Shown here one piece after another: positions 1 through 14,420 of a stretch of 64,000 nucleotides of DNA (the stretch's first letter is position 1; each line of letters starts with the position of its first letter). The stretch spans positions 103,856 to 167,855 of the forward strand of contig JBHGNT010000056.1 in NCBI GenBank assembly GCA_043228905.1, read 5' to 3'. The stretch comes from Azolla caroliniana. Taxonomy: Eukaryota; Plantae; Polypodiophyta. A model generated the notes under the pieces. The model had not been told where the DNA came from and searched no databases. It worked only from the letters and a program-made list of their open reading frames with translations. Made by a program: the position numbers and the translations under genes.

Positions 1-3000
1 TTTTAATTCTATATCAGAGCTAGCCTTGTTAGCTTCGATTCGCATGTTTGAACACAGAAATCCGATATCACACGAGCCAGGTATGACCATTTTAATTTAC
101 ACAAACGCTCTTCTCAACTCCCTCCTCAAATATGCTAATTTCTTCATGTCTCTCGACCTGAGTTTCAAAATCTCGATTTTTTAATTCTATATCATAGCTA
201 GCCTTGTTAGCTTCGATTTGCATGTTTGAACACAGAAATCCGATATCACACGAGCCAGGTATGACCATTTTAATTTACTCACTGGCTCTTCTCAACTCCC
301 TCCTCAAATATGCTAATTTCTTCATGTCTCTCGACCTGAGTTTCAAAATCTCGATTTTTTAATTCTATATCATAGCTAGCCTTTTTAGCTTCGATTCGCA
401 TGTTTGAACACAGAAATCCGATATCACACGAGCCAGGTATGACCATTTTAATTTACTCACTCGCTCTTCTCAACTCCCTCCTCCAGCATGCTAATTTCCT
501 CATGTCTTTCGACGTCAGTTTCGAAATCACGATTTTTTAAGTCTATATCATAGCTAGCCTTGTTAGTTTCGATTCGCATGTTTGAACACAAAAATCCGAT
601 ATCACACGAGCCAGGTATGACCATTTTAATTTACTCACTCGCTCTTCTCAACTCCCTCCTCAAATATGCTAATTTCCTCATGTCTCTCGACCTGAGTTTC
701 AAAATCACGATTTTTTAATTCTATATCATAGCTAGCCTTGTTAGTTTCGATTCGCATGTTTGAACACAGAAATCCGATATCACACGAGCCAGGTATGACC
801 ATTTTAATTTACTCACACGCTCTTCTCAACTCCCTCCTCAAATATGCTAATTTCTTCATGTCTCTCGACCTGAGTTTCAAAATCTTGATTTTTTAAGTCT
901 ATATCATAGCTAGCCTTGTTAGTTTCGATTCGCATGTTTGAACACAGAAATCCGATATCACACGAGCCAGGTATGACCATTTTAATTTACTCACACGCTC
1001 TTCTCAACTCCCTCCTCAAATATGCTAATTTCTTCATGTCTCTTGACCTGAGTTTCAAAATCTCGATTTTTTAATTCTATATCATAGCTAGCCTTGTTAG
1101 CTTCGATTTGCATGTTTAAACACAGAAATCTGATATTACACGAGCCAGGTATGACCATTTTAATTTACTCACTGGCTCTTCTCAACTCCCTCCTCAAATA
1201 TGCTAATTTCCTCATGTCTCTCGACCTGAGTTTCAAAATCTCGATTTTTTAATTCTATATCATAGCTAGCCTTGTTAGTTTCGATTCGCATGTTTGAACA
1301 CAGAAATCCGATATCACACGAGCCAGGTATGACCATTTTAATTTACTCACTCGCTCTTCTCAACTCCCTCCTCAAATATGCTAATTTCTTCATGTCTCTC
1401 GACCTGAGTTTCAAAATCTCGATTTTTTAATTCTATATCATAGCTAGCCTTGTTAGCTTCGATTCGCATGTTTGAACACAGAAATCCGATATCACACGAG
1501 CCAGGTATGACCATTTTAATTTACTCACACGCTCTTCTCAACTCCCTCCTCAAATATGCTAATTTCTTCATGTCTCTTGACCTGAGTTTCAAAATCTCGA
1601 TTTTTTAATTCTATATCATAGCTAGCCTTGTTAGCTTCGATTTGCATGTTTGAACACAGAAATCCGATATCACACGAGCCAGGTATGACCATTTTAATTT
1701 ACTCACTCGCTCTTCTCAACTCCCTCCTCAAATATGCTAATTTCCTCATGTCTCTCGACCTGAGTTTCAAAATCTCGATTTTTTAATTCTATATCATAGC
1801 TAGCCTTGTTAGTTTCGATTCGCATGTTTGAACACAGAAATCCGATATCACACGAGCCAGGTATGACCATTTTAATTTACTCACTCGCTCTTCTCAACTC
1901 CCTCCTCCAGCATGCTAATTTCCTCATGTCTTTCGACGTCAGTTTCGAAATCACGATTTTTTAAGTCTATATCATAGCTAGCCTTGTTAGTTTCGATTCG
2001 CATGTTTGAACACAGAAATCCGATATCACACGAGCCAGGTATGACCATTTTAATTTACTCACACGCTCTTCTCAACTCCCTCCTCAAATATGCTAATTTC
2101 TTCATGTCTCTCGACCTGAGTTTCAAAATCTCGATTTTTTAATTCTATATCATAGCTAGCCTTGTTAGCTTCGATTCGCATGTTTGAACACAGAAATCCG
2201 ATATCACACGAGCCAGGTATGACCATTTTAATTTACTCACACGCTCTTCTCAACTCCCTCCTCAAATATGCTAATTTCTTCATGTCTCTTGACCTGAGTT
2301 TCAAAATCTCGATTTTTTAATTCTATATCATAGCTAGCCTTGTTAGCTTCGATTTGCATGTTTGAACACAGAAATCCGATATCACACGAGCCAGGTATGA
2401 CCATTTTAATTTACTCACTCGCTCTTCTCAACTCCCTCCTCAAATATGCTAATTTCTTCATGTCTCTCGACCTGAGTTTCAAAATCTCGGTTTTTTAATT
2501 CTATATCATAGCTAGCCTTGTTAGCTTCGATTTGCATGTTTAAACACAGAAATCTGATATTACACGAGCCAGGTATGACCATTTTAATTTACTCACTCGC
2601 TCTTCTCAACTCCCTCCTCCAGCATGCTAATTTCCTCATGTCTTTCGACGTCAGTTTCGAAATCACGATTTTTTAAGTCTATATCATAGCTAGCCTTGTT
2701 AGTTTCGATTCGCATGTTTGAACACAGAAATCCGATATCACACGAGCCCGGTATGACCATTTTAATTTACTCACACGCTCTTCTCAACTCCCTCCTCAAA
2801 TATGCTAATTTCTTCATGTCTCTCGACCTGAGTTTCAAAATCTCGATTTTTTAAGTCTATATCATAGCTAGCCTTCTTAGTTTCGATTCGCATGTTTGAA
2901 CACAGAAATCCGATATCACACGAGCCAGGTATGACCATTTTAATTTACTCACACGCTCTTCTCAACTCCCTCCTCAAATATGCTAATTTCTTCATGTCTC

Positions 3001-6000
3001 TCGACCTGAGTTTCAAAATCTCGATTTTTTAATTCTATATCATAGCTAGCCTTGTTAGCTTCGATTTGCATGTTTGAACACAGAAATCCGATATCACACG
3101 AGCCAGGTATGACCATTTTAATTTACTCACTGGCTCTTCTCAACTCCCTCCTCAAATATGCTAATTTCCTCATGTCTCTCGACCTGATTTTCAAAATCTC
3201 GATTTTTTAATTCTATATCATAGCTAGCCTTGTTAGTTTCGATTCGCATGTTTGAACACAGAAATCCGATATCACACGAGCCAGGTATGACTATTTTAAT
3301 TTACTCACACGCTTTTCTCAACTCCCTCCTCAAATATGCTAATTTCCTCATGTCTCTCGACCTGAGTTTCAAAATCTCGATTTTTTAATTCTATATCAGA
3401 GCTAGCCTTGTTAGCTTCGATTCGCATGTTTGAACACAGAAATCCGATATCACACGAGCCAGGTATGACCATTTTAATTTACACAAACGCTCTTCTCAAC
3501 TCCCTCCTCAAATATGCTAATTTCTTCATGTCTCTCGACCTGAGTTTCAAAATCTCGATTTTTTAATTCTATATCATAGCTAGCCTTGTTAGCTTCGATT
3601 TGCATGTTTGAACACAGAAATCCGATATCACACGAGCCAGGTATGACCATTTTAATTTACTCACTGGCTCTTCTCAACTCCCTCCTCAAATATGCTAATT
3701 TCTTCATGTCTCTCGACCTGAGTTTCAAAATCTCGATTTTTTAATTCTATATCATAGCTAGCCTTTTTAGCTTCGATTCGCATGTTTGAACACAGAAATC
3801 CGATATCACACGAGCCAGGTATGACCATTTTAATTTACTCACTCGCTCTTCTCAACTCCCTCCTCCAGCATGCTAATTTCCTCATGTCTTTCGACGTCAG
3901 TTTCGAAATCACGATTTTTTAAGTCTATATCATAGCTAGCCTTGTTAGTTTCGATTCGCATGTTTGAACACAAAAATCCGATATCACACGAGCCAGGTAT
4001 GACCATTTTAATTTACTCACTCGCTCTTCTCAACTCCCTCCTCAAATATGCTAATTTCCTCATGTCTCTCGACCTGAGTTTCAAAATCACGATTTTTTAA
4101 TTCTATATCATAGCTAGCCTTGTTAGTTTCGATTCGCATGTTTGAACACAGAAATCCGATATCACACGAGCCAGGTATGACCATTTTAATTTACTCACAC
4201 GCTCTTCTCAACTCCCTCCTCAAATATGCTAATTTCTTCATGTCTCTCGACCTGAGTTTCAAAATCTTGATTTTTTAAGTCTATATCATAGCTAGCCTTG
4301 TTAGTTTCGATTCGCATGTTTGAACACAGAAATCCGATATCACACGAGCCAGGTATGACCATTTTAATTTACTCACACGCTCTTCTCAACTCCCTCCTCA
4401 AATATGCTAATTTCTTCATGTCTCTTGACCTGAGTTTCAAAATCTCGATTTTTTAATTCTATATCATAGCTAGCCTTGTTAGCTTCGATTTGCATGTTTA
4501 AACACAGAAATCTGATATTACACGAGCCAGGTATGACCATTTTAATTTACTCACTGGCTCTTCTCAACTCCCTCCTCAAATATGCTAATTTCCTCATGTC
4601 TCTCGACCTGAGTTTCAAAATCTCGATTTTTTAATTCTATATCATAGCTAGCCTTGTTAGTTTCGATTCGCATGTTTGAACACAGAAATCCGATATCACA
4701 CGAGCCAGGTATGACCATTTTAATTTACTCACTCGCTCTTCTCAACTCCCTCCTCAAATATGCTAATTTCTTCATGTCTCTCGACCTGAGTTTCAAAATC
4801 TCGATTTTTTAATTCTATATCATAGCTAGCCTTGTTAGCTTCGATTCGCATGTTTGAACACAGAAATCCGATATCACACGAGCCAGGTATGACCATTTTA
4901 ATTTACTCACACGCTCTTCTCAACTCCCTCCTCAAATATGCTAATTTCTTCATGTCTCTGGACCTGAGTTTCAAAATCTCGATTTTTTAATTCTATATCA
5001 TAGCTAGCCTTGTTAGCTTCGATTTGCATGTTTGAACACAGAAATCCGATATCACACGAGCCAGGTATGACCATTTTAATTTACTCACTCGCTCTTCTCA
5101 ACTCCCTCCTCAAATATGCTAATTTCCTCATGTCTCTCGACCTGAGTTTCAAAATCTCGATTTTTTAATTCTATATCATAGCTAGCCTTGTTAGTTTCGA
5201 TTCGCATGTTTGAACACAGAAATCCGATATCACACGAGCCAGGTATGACCATTTTAATTTACTCACTCGCTCTTCTCAACTCCCTCCTCCAGCATGCTAA
5301 TTTCCTCATGTCTTTCGACGTCAGTTTCGAAATCACGATTTTTTAAGTCTATATCATAGCTAGCCTTGTTAGTTTCGATTCGCATGTTTGAACACAGAAA
5401 TCCGATATCACACGAGCCAGGTATGACCATTTTAATTTACTCACACGCTCTTCTCAACTCCCTCCTCAAATATGCTAATTTCTTCATGTCTCTCGACCTG
5501 AGTTTCAAAATCTCGATTTTTTAATTCTATATCATAGCTAGCCTTGTTAGCTTCGATTCGCATGTTTGAACACAGAAATCCGATATCACACGAGCCAGGT
5601 ATGACCATTTTAATTTACTCACACGCTCTTCTCAACTCCCTCCTCAAATATGCTAATTTCCTCATGTCTCTCGACCTGAGTTTCAAAATCTCGATTTTTT
5701 AATTCTATATCATAGCTAGCCTTGTTAGCTTCGATTTGCATGTTTGAACACAGAAATCCGATATCACACGAGCCAGGTATGACCATTTTAATTTACTCAC
5801 TCGCTCTTCTCAACTCCCTCCTCAAATATGCTAATTTCTTCATGTCTCTCGACCTGAGTTTCAAAATCTCGGTTTTTTAATTCTATATCATAGCTAGCCT
5901 TGTTAGCTTCGATTTGCATGTTTAAACACAGAAATCTGATATGACACGAGCCAGGTATGACCATTTTAATTTACTCACTCGCTCTTCTCAACTCCCTCCT

Positions 6001-6080
6001 CCACCATGCTAATTTCCTCATGTCTTTCGACGTCAGTTTCGAAATCACGATTTTTTAAGTCTATATCATAGCTAGCCTTG
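1..6080. repeat. Higher-order duplication, period 19 monomers (3382 bp)
   Basis: Rare variants recur at +3382: ATCAGAGC (17/3399), ACACAAACG (~101/~3483), CCTTTTTAG (~384/~3766), CACAAAAAT (591/3973), CTCGGTTT (2490/5872). The copies show a few differences, e.g. 1578 vs 4960. Confidence 0.9.
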
Positions 6081-8470
6081 TTAGTTTCGATTCGGATGTT
6101 TGAACACAGAAATCCGATATCACACGAGCCAGGTATGACCATTTTAATTTACTCAGTCGCTCTTCTCAACTCCCTCCTCCAGCATGCTAATTTCCTCATG
6201 TCTTTCGACGTCAGTTTCGAAATCACGATTTTTTAAGTCTATATCATAGCTAGCCTTGTTAGTTTCGATTCGCATGTTTGAACACAGAAATCCGATATCA
6301 CACGAGCCAGGTATGACCATTTTAATTTACTCACTCGCTCTTCTCAACTCCCTCCTCAAATATGCTAATTTCCTCATGTCTCTCGACCTGAGTTTCAAAA
6401 TCTCGATTTTTTAATTCTATATCATAGCTAGCCTTGTTAGCTTCGATTCGCATGTTTGAACACAGAAATCCGATATCACACGAGCCAGGTATGACCATTT
6501 TAATTTACTCACTGGCTCTTCTCAACTCCCTCCTCAAATATGCTAATTTCTTCATGTCTCTCGACCTGAGTTTCAAAATCTCGATTTTTTAATTCTATAT
6601 CATAGCTAGCCTTGTTAGCTTCGATTTGCATGTTTGAACACAGAAATCCGATATCACACGAGCCAGGTATGACCATTTTAATTTACTCACTCGCTCTTCT
6701 CAACTCCCTCCTCAAATATGCTAATTTCTTCATGTCTCTCGACCTGAGTTTCGAAATCACGATTTTTTAAGTCTATATCATAGCTAGCCTTGTTAGTTTC
6801 GATTTGCATGTTTGAACACAGAAATCCGATATCACACGAGCCAGGTATGACCATTTTAATTTACTCACTCGCTCTTCTCAACTCCCTCCTCAAATATGCT
6901 AATTTCCTCATGTCTCTCGACCTGAGTTTCAAAATCTCGATTTTTTAATTCTATATCATAGCTAGCCTTGTTAGTTTCGATTCGCATGTTTGAACACAGA
7001 AATCCGATATCACACGAGCCAGGTATGACCATTTTAATTTACTCACTCGCTCTTCTCAACTCCCTCCTCCAGCATGCTAATTTCCTCATGTCTTTCGACG
7101 TCAGTTTCGAAATCACGATTTTTTAAGTCTATATCATAGCTAGCCTTGTTAGTTTCGATTCGCATGTTTGAACACAGAAATCCGATATCACACGAGCCAG
7201 GTATGACCATTTTAATTTACTCACACGCTCTTCTCAACTCCCTCCTCAAATATGCTAATTTCTTCATGTCTCTCGACCTGAGTTTCAAAATCTCGATTTT
7301 TTAATTCTATATCATAGCTAGCCTTGTTAGCTTCGATTCGCATGTTTGAACACAGAAATCCGATATCACACGAGCCAGGTATGACCATTTTAATTTACTC
7401 ACACGCTCTTCTCAACTCCCTCCTCAAATATGCTAATTTCCTCATGTCTCTCGACCTGAGTTTCAAAATCTCGATTTTTTAATTCTATATCATAGCTAGC
7501 CTTGTTAGCTTCGATTTGCATGTTTGAACACAGAAATCCGATATCACACGAGCCAGGTATGACCATTTTAATTTACTCACTCGCTCTTCTCAACTCCCTC
7601 CTCAAATATGCTAATTTCTTCATGTCTCTCGACCTGAGTTTCAAAATCTCGGTTTTTTAATTCTATATCATAGCTAGCCTTGTTAGCTTCGATTTGCATG
7701 TTTAAACACAGAAATCTGATATGACACGAGCCAGGTATGACCATTTTAATTTACTCACTCGCTCTTCTCAACTCCCTCCTCCACCATGCTAATTTCCTCA
7801 TGTCTTTCGACGTCAGTTTCGAAATCACGATTTTTTAAGTCTATATCATAGCTAGCCTTGTTAGTTTCGATTCGGATGTTTGAACACAGAAATCCGATAT
7901 CACACGAGCCAGGTATGACCATTTTAATTTACTCAGTCGCTCTTCTCAACTCCCTCCTCCAGCATGCTAATTTCCTCATGTCTTTCGACGTCAGTTTCGA
8001 AATCACGATTTTTTAAGTCTATATCATAGCTAGCCTTGTTAGTTTCGATTCGCATGTTTGAACACAGAAATCCGATATCACACGAGCCAGGTATGACCAT
8101 TTTAATTTACTCACTCGCTCTTCTCAACTCCCTCCTCAAATATGCTAATTTCCTCATGTCTCTCGACCTGAGTTTCAAAATCTCGATTTTTTAATTCTAT
8201 ATCATAGCTAGCCTTGTTAGCTTCGATTCGCATGTTTGAACACAGAAATCCGATATCACACGAGCCAGGTATGACCATTTTAATTTACTCACTGGCTCTT
8301 CTCAACTCCCTCCTCAAATATGCTAATTTCTTCATGTCTCTCGACCTGAGTTTCAAAATCTCGATTTTTTAATTCTATATCATAGCTAGCCTTGTTAGCT
8401 TCGATTTGCATGTTTGAACACAGAAATCCGATATCACACGAGCCAGGTATGACCATTTTAATTTACTCAC
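5050..8470. repeat. Tandem duplication, period 10 monomers (1780 bp)
   Basis: CTCGGTTT (5872/7652), GATATGACAC (~5943/~7723), CCACCATG (6001/7781) and TTCGGATG (6091/7871) all recur at +1780. Confidence 0.9.
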
Positions 8471-11400
8471 TCGCTCCTCTCAACTCCCTCCTCAAATATG
8501 CTAATTTCCTCATGTCTCTCGACCTGAGTTTCAAAATCACGATTTTTTAATTCTATATCATAGCTAGCCTTGTTAGTTTCGATTCGCATGTTTGAACACA
8601 GAAATCCGATATCACACGAGCCAGGTATGACCATTTTAATTTACTCACACGCTCTTCTCAACTCCCTCCTCAAATATGCTAATTTCTTCATGTCTCTCGA
8701 CCTGAGTTTCAAAATCTTGATTTTTTAATTCTATATCATAGCTAGCCTTGTTAGCTTCGATTCGCATGTTTGAACACAGAAATCCGATATCACACGAGCC
8801 AGGTATGACCATTTTAATTTACTCACACGCTCTTCTCAACTCCCTCCTCAAATATGCTAATTTCTTCATGTCTCTTGACCTGAGTTTCAAAATCTCGATT
8901 TTTTAATTCTATATCATAGCTAGCCTTGTTAGCTTCGATTTGCATGTTTAAACACAGAAATCTGATATTACACGAGCCAGGTATGACCATTTTAATTTAC
9001 TCACTGGCTCTTCTCAACTCCCTCCTCAAATATGCTAATTTCCTCATGTCTCTCGACCTGAGTTTCAAAATCTCGATTTTTTAATTCTATATCATAGCTA
9101 GCCTTGTTAGTTTCGATTCGCATGTTTGAACACAGAAATCCGATATCACACGAGCCAGGTATGACCATTTTAATTTACTCACTCGCTCTTCTCAACTCCC
9201 TCCTCAAATATGCTAATTTCTTCATGTCTCTCGACCTGAGTTTCAAAATCTCGATTTTTTAATTCTATATCATAGCTAGCCTTGTTAGCTTCGATTCGCA
9301 TGTTTGAACACAGAAATCCGATATCACACGAGCCAGGTATGACCATTTTAATTTACTCACTCGCTCTTCTCAACTCCCTCCTCAAATATGCTAATTTCCT
9401 CATGTCTTTCGACGTCAGTTTCAAAATCTTGATTTTTTAATTCTATATCATAGCTAGCGTTCTTAGTTTCGATTCGCATGTTTGAACACAGAAATCCGAT
9501 ATCACACGAGCCAGGTATGACCATTTTAATTTACTCACACGCTCTTCTCAACTCCCTCCTCCAGCATGCTAATTTCCTCATGTCTTTCGACGTCAGTTTC
9601 GAAATCACGATTTTTTAAGTCTATATCATAGCTAGCCTTGTTAGTTTCGATTCGCATGTTTGAACACAGAAATCCGATATCACACGAGCCCGGTATGACC
9701 ATTTTAATTTACTCACACGCTCTTCTCAACTCCCTCCTCAAATATGCTAATTTCTTCATGTCTCTCGACCTGAGTTTCAAAATCTCGATTTTTTAATTCT
9801 ATATCATAGCTAGCCTTGTTAGCTTCGATTTGCATGTTTGAACACAGAAATCCGATATCACACGAGCCAGGTATGACCATTTTAATTTACTCACTGGCTC
9901 TTCTGAACTCCCTCCTCAAATATGCTAATTTCCTCATGTCTCTCGACCTGAGTTTCAAAATCTCGATTTTTTAATTCTATATCATAGCTAGCCTTGTTAG
10001 TTTCGATTCGCATGTTTGAACACAGAAATCCGATATCACACGAGCCAGGTATGACCATTTTAATTTACTCACTCGCTCTTCTCAACTCCCTCCTCAAATA
10101 TGCTAATTTCTTCATGTCTCTCGACCTGAGTTTCAAAATCTCGATTTTTTAATTCTATATCATAGCTAGCCTTGTTAGCTTCGATTCGCATGTTTGAACA
10201 CAGAAATCCGATATCACACGAGCCAGGTATGACCATTTTAATTTACTCACACGCTCTTCTCAACTCCCTCCTCAAATATGCTAATTTCTTCATGTCTCTT
10301 GACCTGAGTTTCAAAATCACGATTTTTTAATTCTATATCATAGCTAGCCTTGTTAGTTTCGATTCGCATGTTTGAACACAGAAATCCGATATCACACGAG
10401 CCAGGTATGACCATTTTAATTTACTCACTGGCTCTTCTCAACTCCCTCCTCAAATATGCTAATTTCCTCATGTCTCTCGACCTGAGATTCAAAATCTCGA
10501 TTTTTTAATTCTATATCATAGCTAGCCTTGTTAGTTTCGATTCGCATGTTTGAACACAGAAATCCGATATCACACGAGCCAGGTATGACCATTTTAATTT
10601 ACTCACTCGCTCTTCTCAACTCCCTCCTCAAATATGCTAATTTCCTCATGTCTCTCGACCTGAGTTTCAAAATCACGATTTTTTAATTCTATATCATAGC
10701 TAGCCTTGTTAGTTTCGATTCGGATGTTTGAACACAGAAATCCGATATCACACGAGCCAGGTATGACCATTTTAATTTACTCAGTCGCTCTTCTCAACTC
10801 CCTCCTCCAGCATGCTAATTTCCTCATGTCTTTCGACGTCAGTTTCGAAATCTCGATTTTTTAAGTCTATATCATAGCTAGCCTTCTTAGTTTCGATTCG
10901 CATGTTTGAACACAGAAATCCGATATCACACGAGCCAGGTATGACCATTTTAATTTACTCACACGCTCTTCTCAACTCCCTCCTCAAATATGCTAATTTC
11001 TTCATGTCTCTCGACCTGAGTTTCAAAATCTCGATTTTTTAATTCTATATCATAGCTAGCCTTGTTAGCTTCGATTTGCATGTTTGAACACAGAAATCCG
11101 ATATCACACGAGCCAGGTATGACCATTTTAATTTACTCACTGGCTCTTCTCAACTCCCTCCTCAAATATGCTAATTTCCTCATGTCTCTCGACCTGATTT
11201 TCAAAATCTCGATTTTTTAATTCTATATCATAGCTAGCCTTGTTAGTTTCGATTCGCATGTTTGAACACAGAAATCCGATATCACACGAGCCAGGTATGA
11301 CCATTTTAATTTACTCACTCGCTCTGCTCAACTCCCTCCTCAAATATGCTAATTTCCTCATGTCTCTCGACCTGAGTTTCAAAATCACGATTTTTTAATT

Positions 11401-14400
11401 CTATATCATAGCTAGCCTTGTTAGTTTCGATTCGGATGTTTGAACACAGAAATCCGATATCACACGAGCCAGGTATGACCATTTTAATTTACTCAGTCGC
11501 TCTTCTCAACTCCCTCCTCCAGCATGCTAATTTCCTCATGTCTTTCGACGTCAGTTTCGAAATCACGATTTTTTAAGTCTATATCATAGCTAGCCTTGTT
11601 AGTTTCGATTCGCATGTTTGAACACAGAAATCCGATATCACACGAGCCAGGTATGACCATTTTAATTTACTCACACGCTCTTCTCAACTCCCTCCTCAAA
11701 TATGCTAATTTCCTCATGTCTCTCGACCTGAGTTTCAAAATCTCGATTTTTTAATTCTATATCATAGCTAGCCTTGTTAGCTTCGATTCGCATGTTTGAA
11801 CACAGAAATCCGATATCACACGAGCCAGGTATGACCATTTTAATTTACTCACTCGCTCTTCTCAACTCCCTCCTCAAATATGCTAATTTCTTCATGTCTC
11901 TCGACCTGAGTTTCAAAATCTCGATTTTTTAATTCTATATCATAGCTAGCCTTGTTAGCTTCGATTTGCATGTTTGAACACAGAAATCCGATATCACACG
12001 AGCCAGGTATGACCATTTTAATTTACTCACTCGCTCTTCTCAACTCCCTCCTCAAATATGCTAATTTCCTCATGTCTCTCGACCTGAGTTTCAAAATCAC
12101 GATTTTTTAATTCTATATCATAGCTAGCCTTGTTAGTTTCGATTCGCATGTTTGAACACAGAAATCCGATATCACACGAGCCAGGTATGACCATTTTAAT
12201 TTACTCACACGCTCTTCTCAACTCCCTCCTCAAATATGCTAATTTCTTCATGTCTCTCGACCTGAGTTTCAAAATCTTGATTTTTTAATTCTATATCATA
12301 GCTAGCCTTGTTAGCTTCGATTCGCATGTTTGAACACAGAAATCCGATATGACACGAGCCAGGTATGACCATTTTAATTTACTCACACGCTCTTCTCAAC
12401 TCCCTCCTCAAATATGCTAATTTCTTCATGTCTCTTGACCTGAGTTTCAAAATCTCGATTTTTTAATTCTATATCATAGCTAGCCTTGTTAGCTTCGATT
12501 TGCATGTTTAAACACAGAAATCTGATATTACACGAGCCAGGTATGACCATTTTAATTTACTCACTGGCTCTTCTCAACTCCCTCCTCAAATATGCTAATT
12601 TCCTCATGTCTCTCGACCTGAGTTTCAAAATCTCGATTTTTTAATTCTATATCATAGCTAGCCTTGTTAGTTTCGATTCGCATGTTTGAACACAGAAATC
12701 CGATATCACACGAGCCAGGTATGACCATTTTAATTTATTCACTCGCTCTTCTCAACTCCCTCCTCAAATATGCTAATTTCTTCATGTCTCTCGACCTGAG
12801 TTTCAAAATCTCGATTTTTTAATTCTATATCATAGCTAGCCTTGTTAGCTTCGATTCGCATGTTTGAACACAGAAATCCGATATCACACGAGCCAGGTAT
12901 GACCATTTTAATTTACTCACTCGCTCTTCTCAACTCCCTCCTCAAATATGCTAATTTCCTCATGTCTTTCGACGTCAGTTTCAAAATCTTGATTTTTTAA
13001 TTCTATATCATAGCTAGCGTTCTTAGTTTCGATTCGCATGTTTGAACACAGAAATCCGATATCACACGAGCCAGGTATGACCATTTTAATTTACTCACAC
13101 GCTCTTCTCAACTCCCTCCTCCAGCATGCTAATTTCCTCATGTCTTTCGACGTCAGTTTCGAAATCACGATTTTTTAAGTCTATATCATAGCTAGCCTTG
13201 TTAGTTTCGATTCGCATGTTTGAACACAGAAATCCGATATCACACGAGCCCGGTATGACCATTTTAATTTACTCACACGCTCTTCTCAACTCCCTCCTCA
13301 AATATGCTAATTTCTTCATGTCTCTCGACCTGAGTTTCAAAATCTCGATTTTTTAATTCTATATCATAGCTAGCCTTGTTAGCTTCGATTTGCATGTTTG
13401 AACACAGAAATCCGATATCACACGAGCCAGGTATGACCATTTTAATTTACTCACTGGCTCTTCTGAACTCCCTCCTCAAATATGCTAATTTCCTCATGTC
13501 TCTCGACCTGAGTTTCAAAATCTCGATTTTTTAATTCTATATCATAGCTAGCCTTGTTAGTTTCGATTCGCATGTTTGAACACAGAAATCCGATATCACA
13601 CGAGCCAGGTATGACCATTTTAATTTACTCACTCGCTCTTCTCAACTCCCTCCTCAAATATGCTAATTTCTTCATGTCTCTCGACCTGAGTTTCAAAATC
13701 TCGATTTTTTAATTCTATATCATAGCTAGCCTTGTTAGCTTCGATTCGCATGTTTGAACACAGAAATCCGATATCACACGAGCCAGGTATGACCATTTTA
13801 ATTTACTCACACGCTCTTCTCAACTCCCTCCTCAAATATGCTAATTTCTTCATGTCTCTTGACCTGAGTTTCAAAATCACGATTTTTTAATTCTATATCA
13901 TAGCTAGCCTTGTTAGTTTCGATTCGCATGTTTGAACACAGAAATCCGATATCACACGAGCCAGGTATGACCATTTTAATTTACTCACTGGCTCTTCTCA
14001 ACTCCCTCCTCAAATATGCTAATTTCCTCATGTCTCTCGACCTGAGATTCAAAATCTCGATTTTTTAATTCTATATCATAGCTAGCCTTGTTAGTTTCGA
14101 TTCGCATGTTTGAACACAGAAATCCGATATCACACGAGCCAGGTATGACCATTTTAATTTACTCACTCGCTCTTCTCAACTCCCTCCTCAAATATGCTAA
14201 TTTCCTCATGTCTCTCGACCTGAGTTTCAAAATCACGATTTTTTAATTCTATATCATAGCTAGCCTTGTTAGTTTCGATTCGGATGTTTGAACACAGAAA
14301 TCCGATATCACACGAGCCAGGTATGACCATTTTAATTTACTCAGTCGCTCTTCTCAACTCCCTCCTCCAGCATGCTAATTTCCTCATGTCTTTCGACGTC

Positions 14401-14420
14401 AGTTTCGAAATCTCGATTTT
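8000..14420. repeat. Higher-order duplication, period 20 monomers (3560 bp)
   Basis: TTTAAACAC (8950/12510), GCGTTCTTAG (9459/13019), GAGCCCGG (9691/13251), CTGAACTC (9905/13465) and GAGATTC (10487/14047) recur at +3560. Confidence 0.9.
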
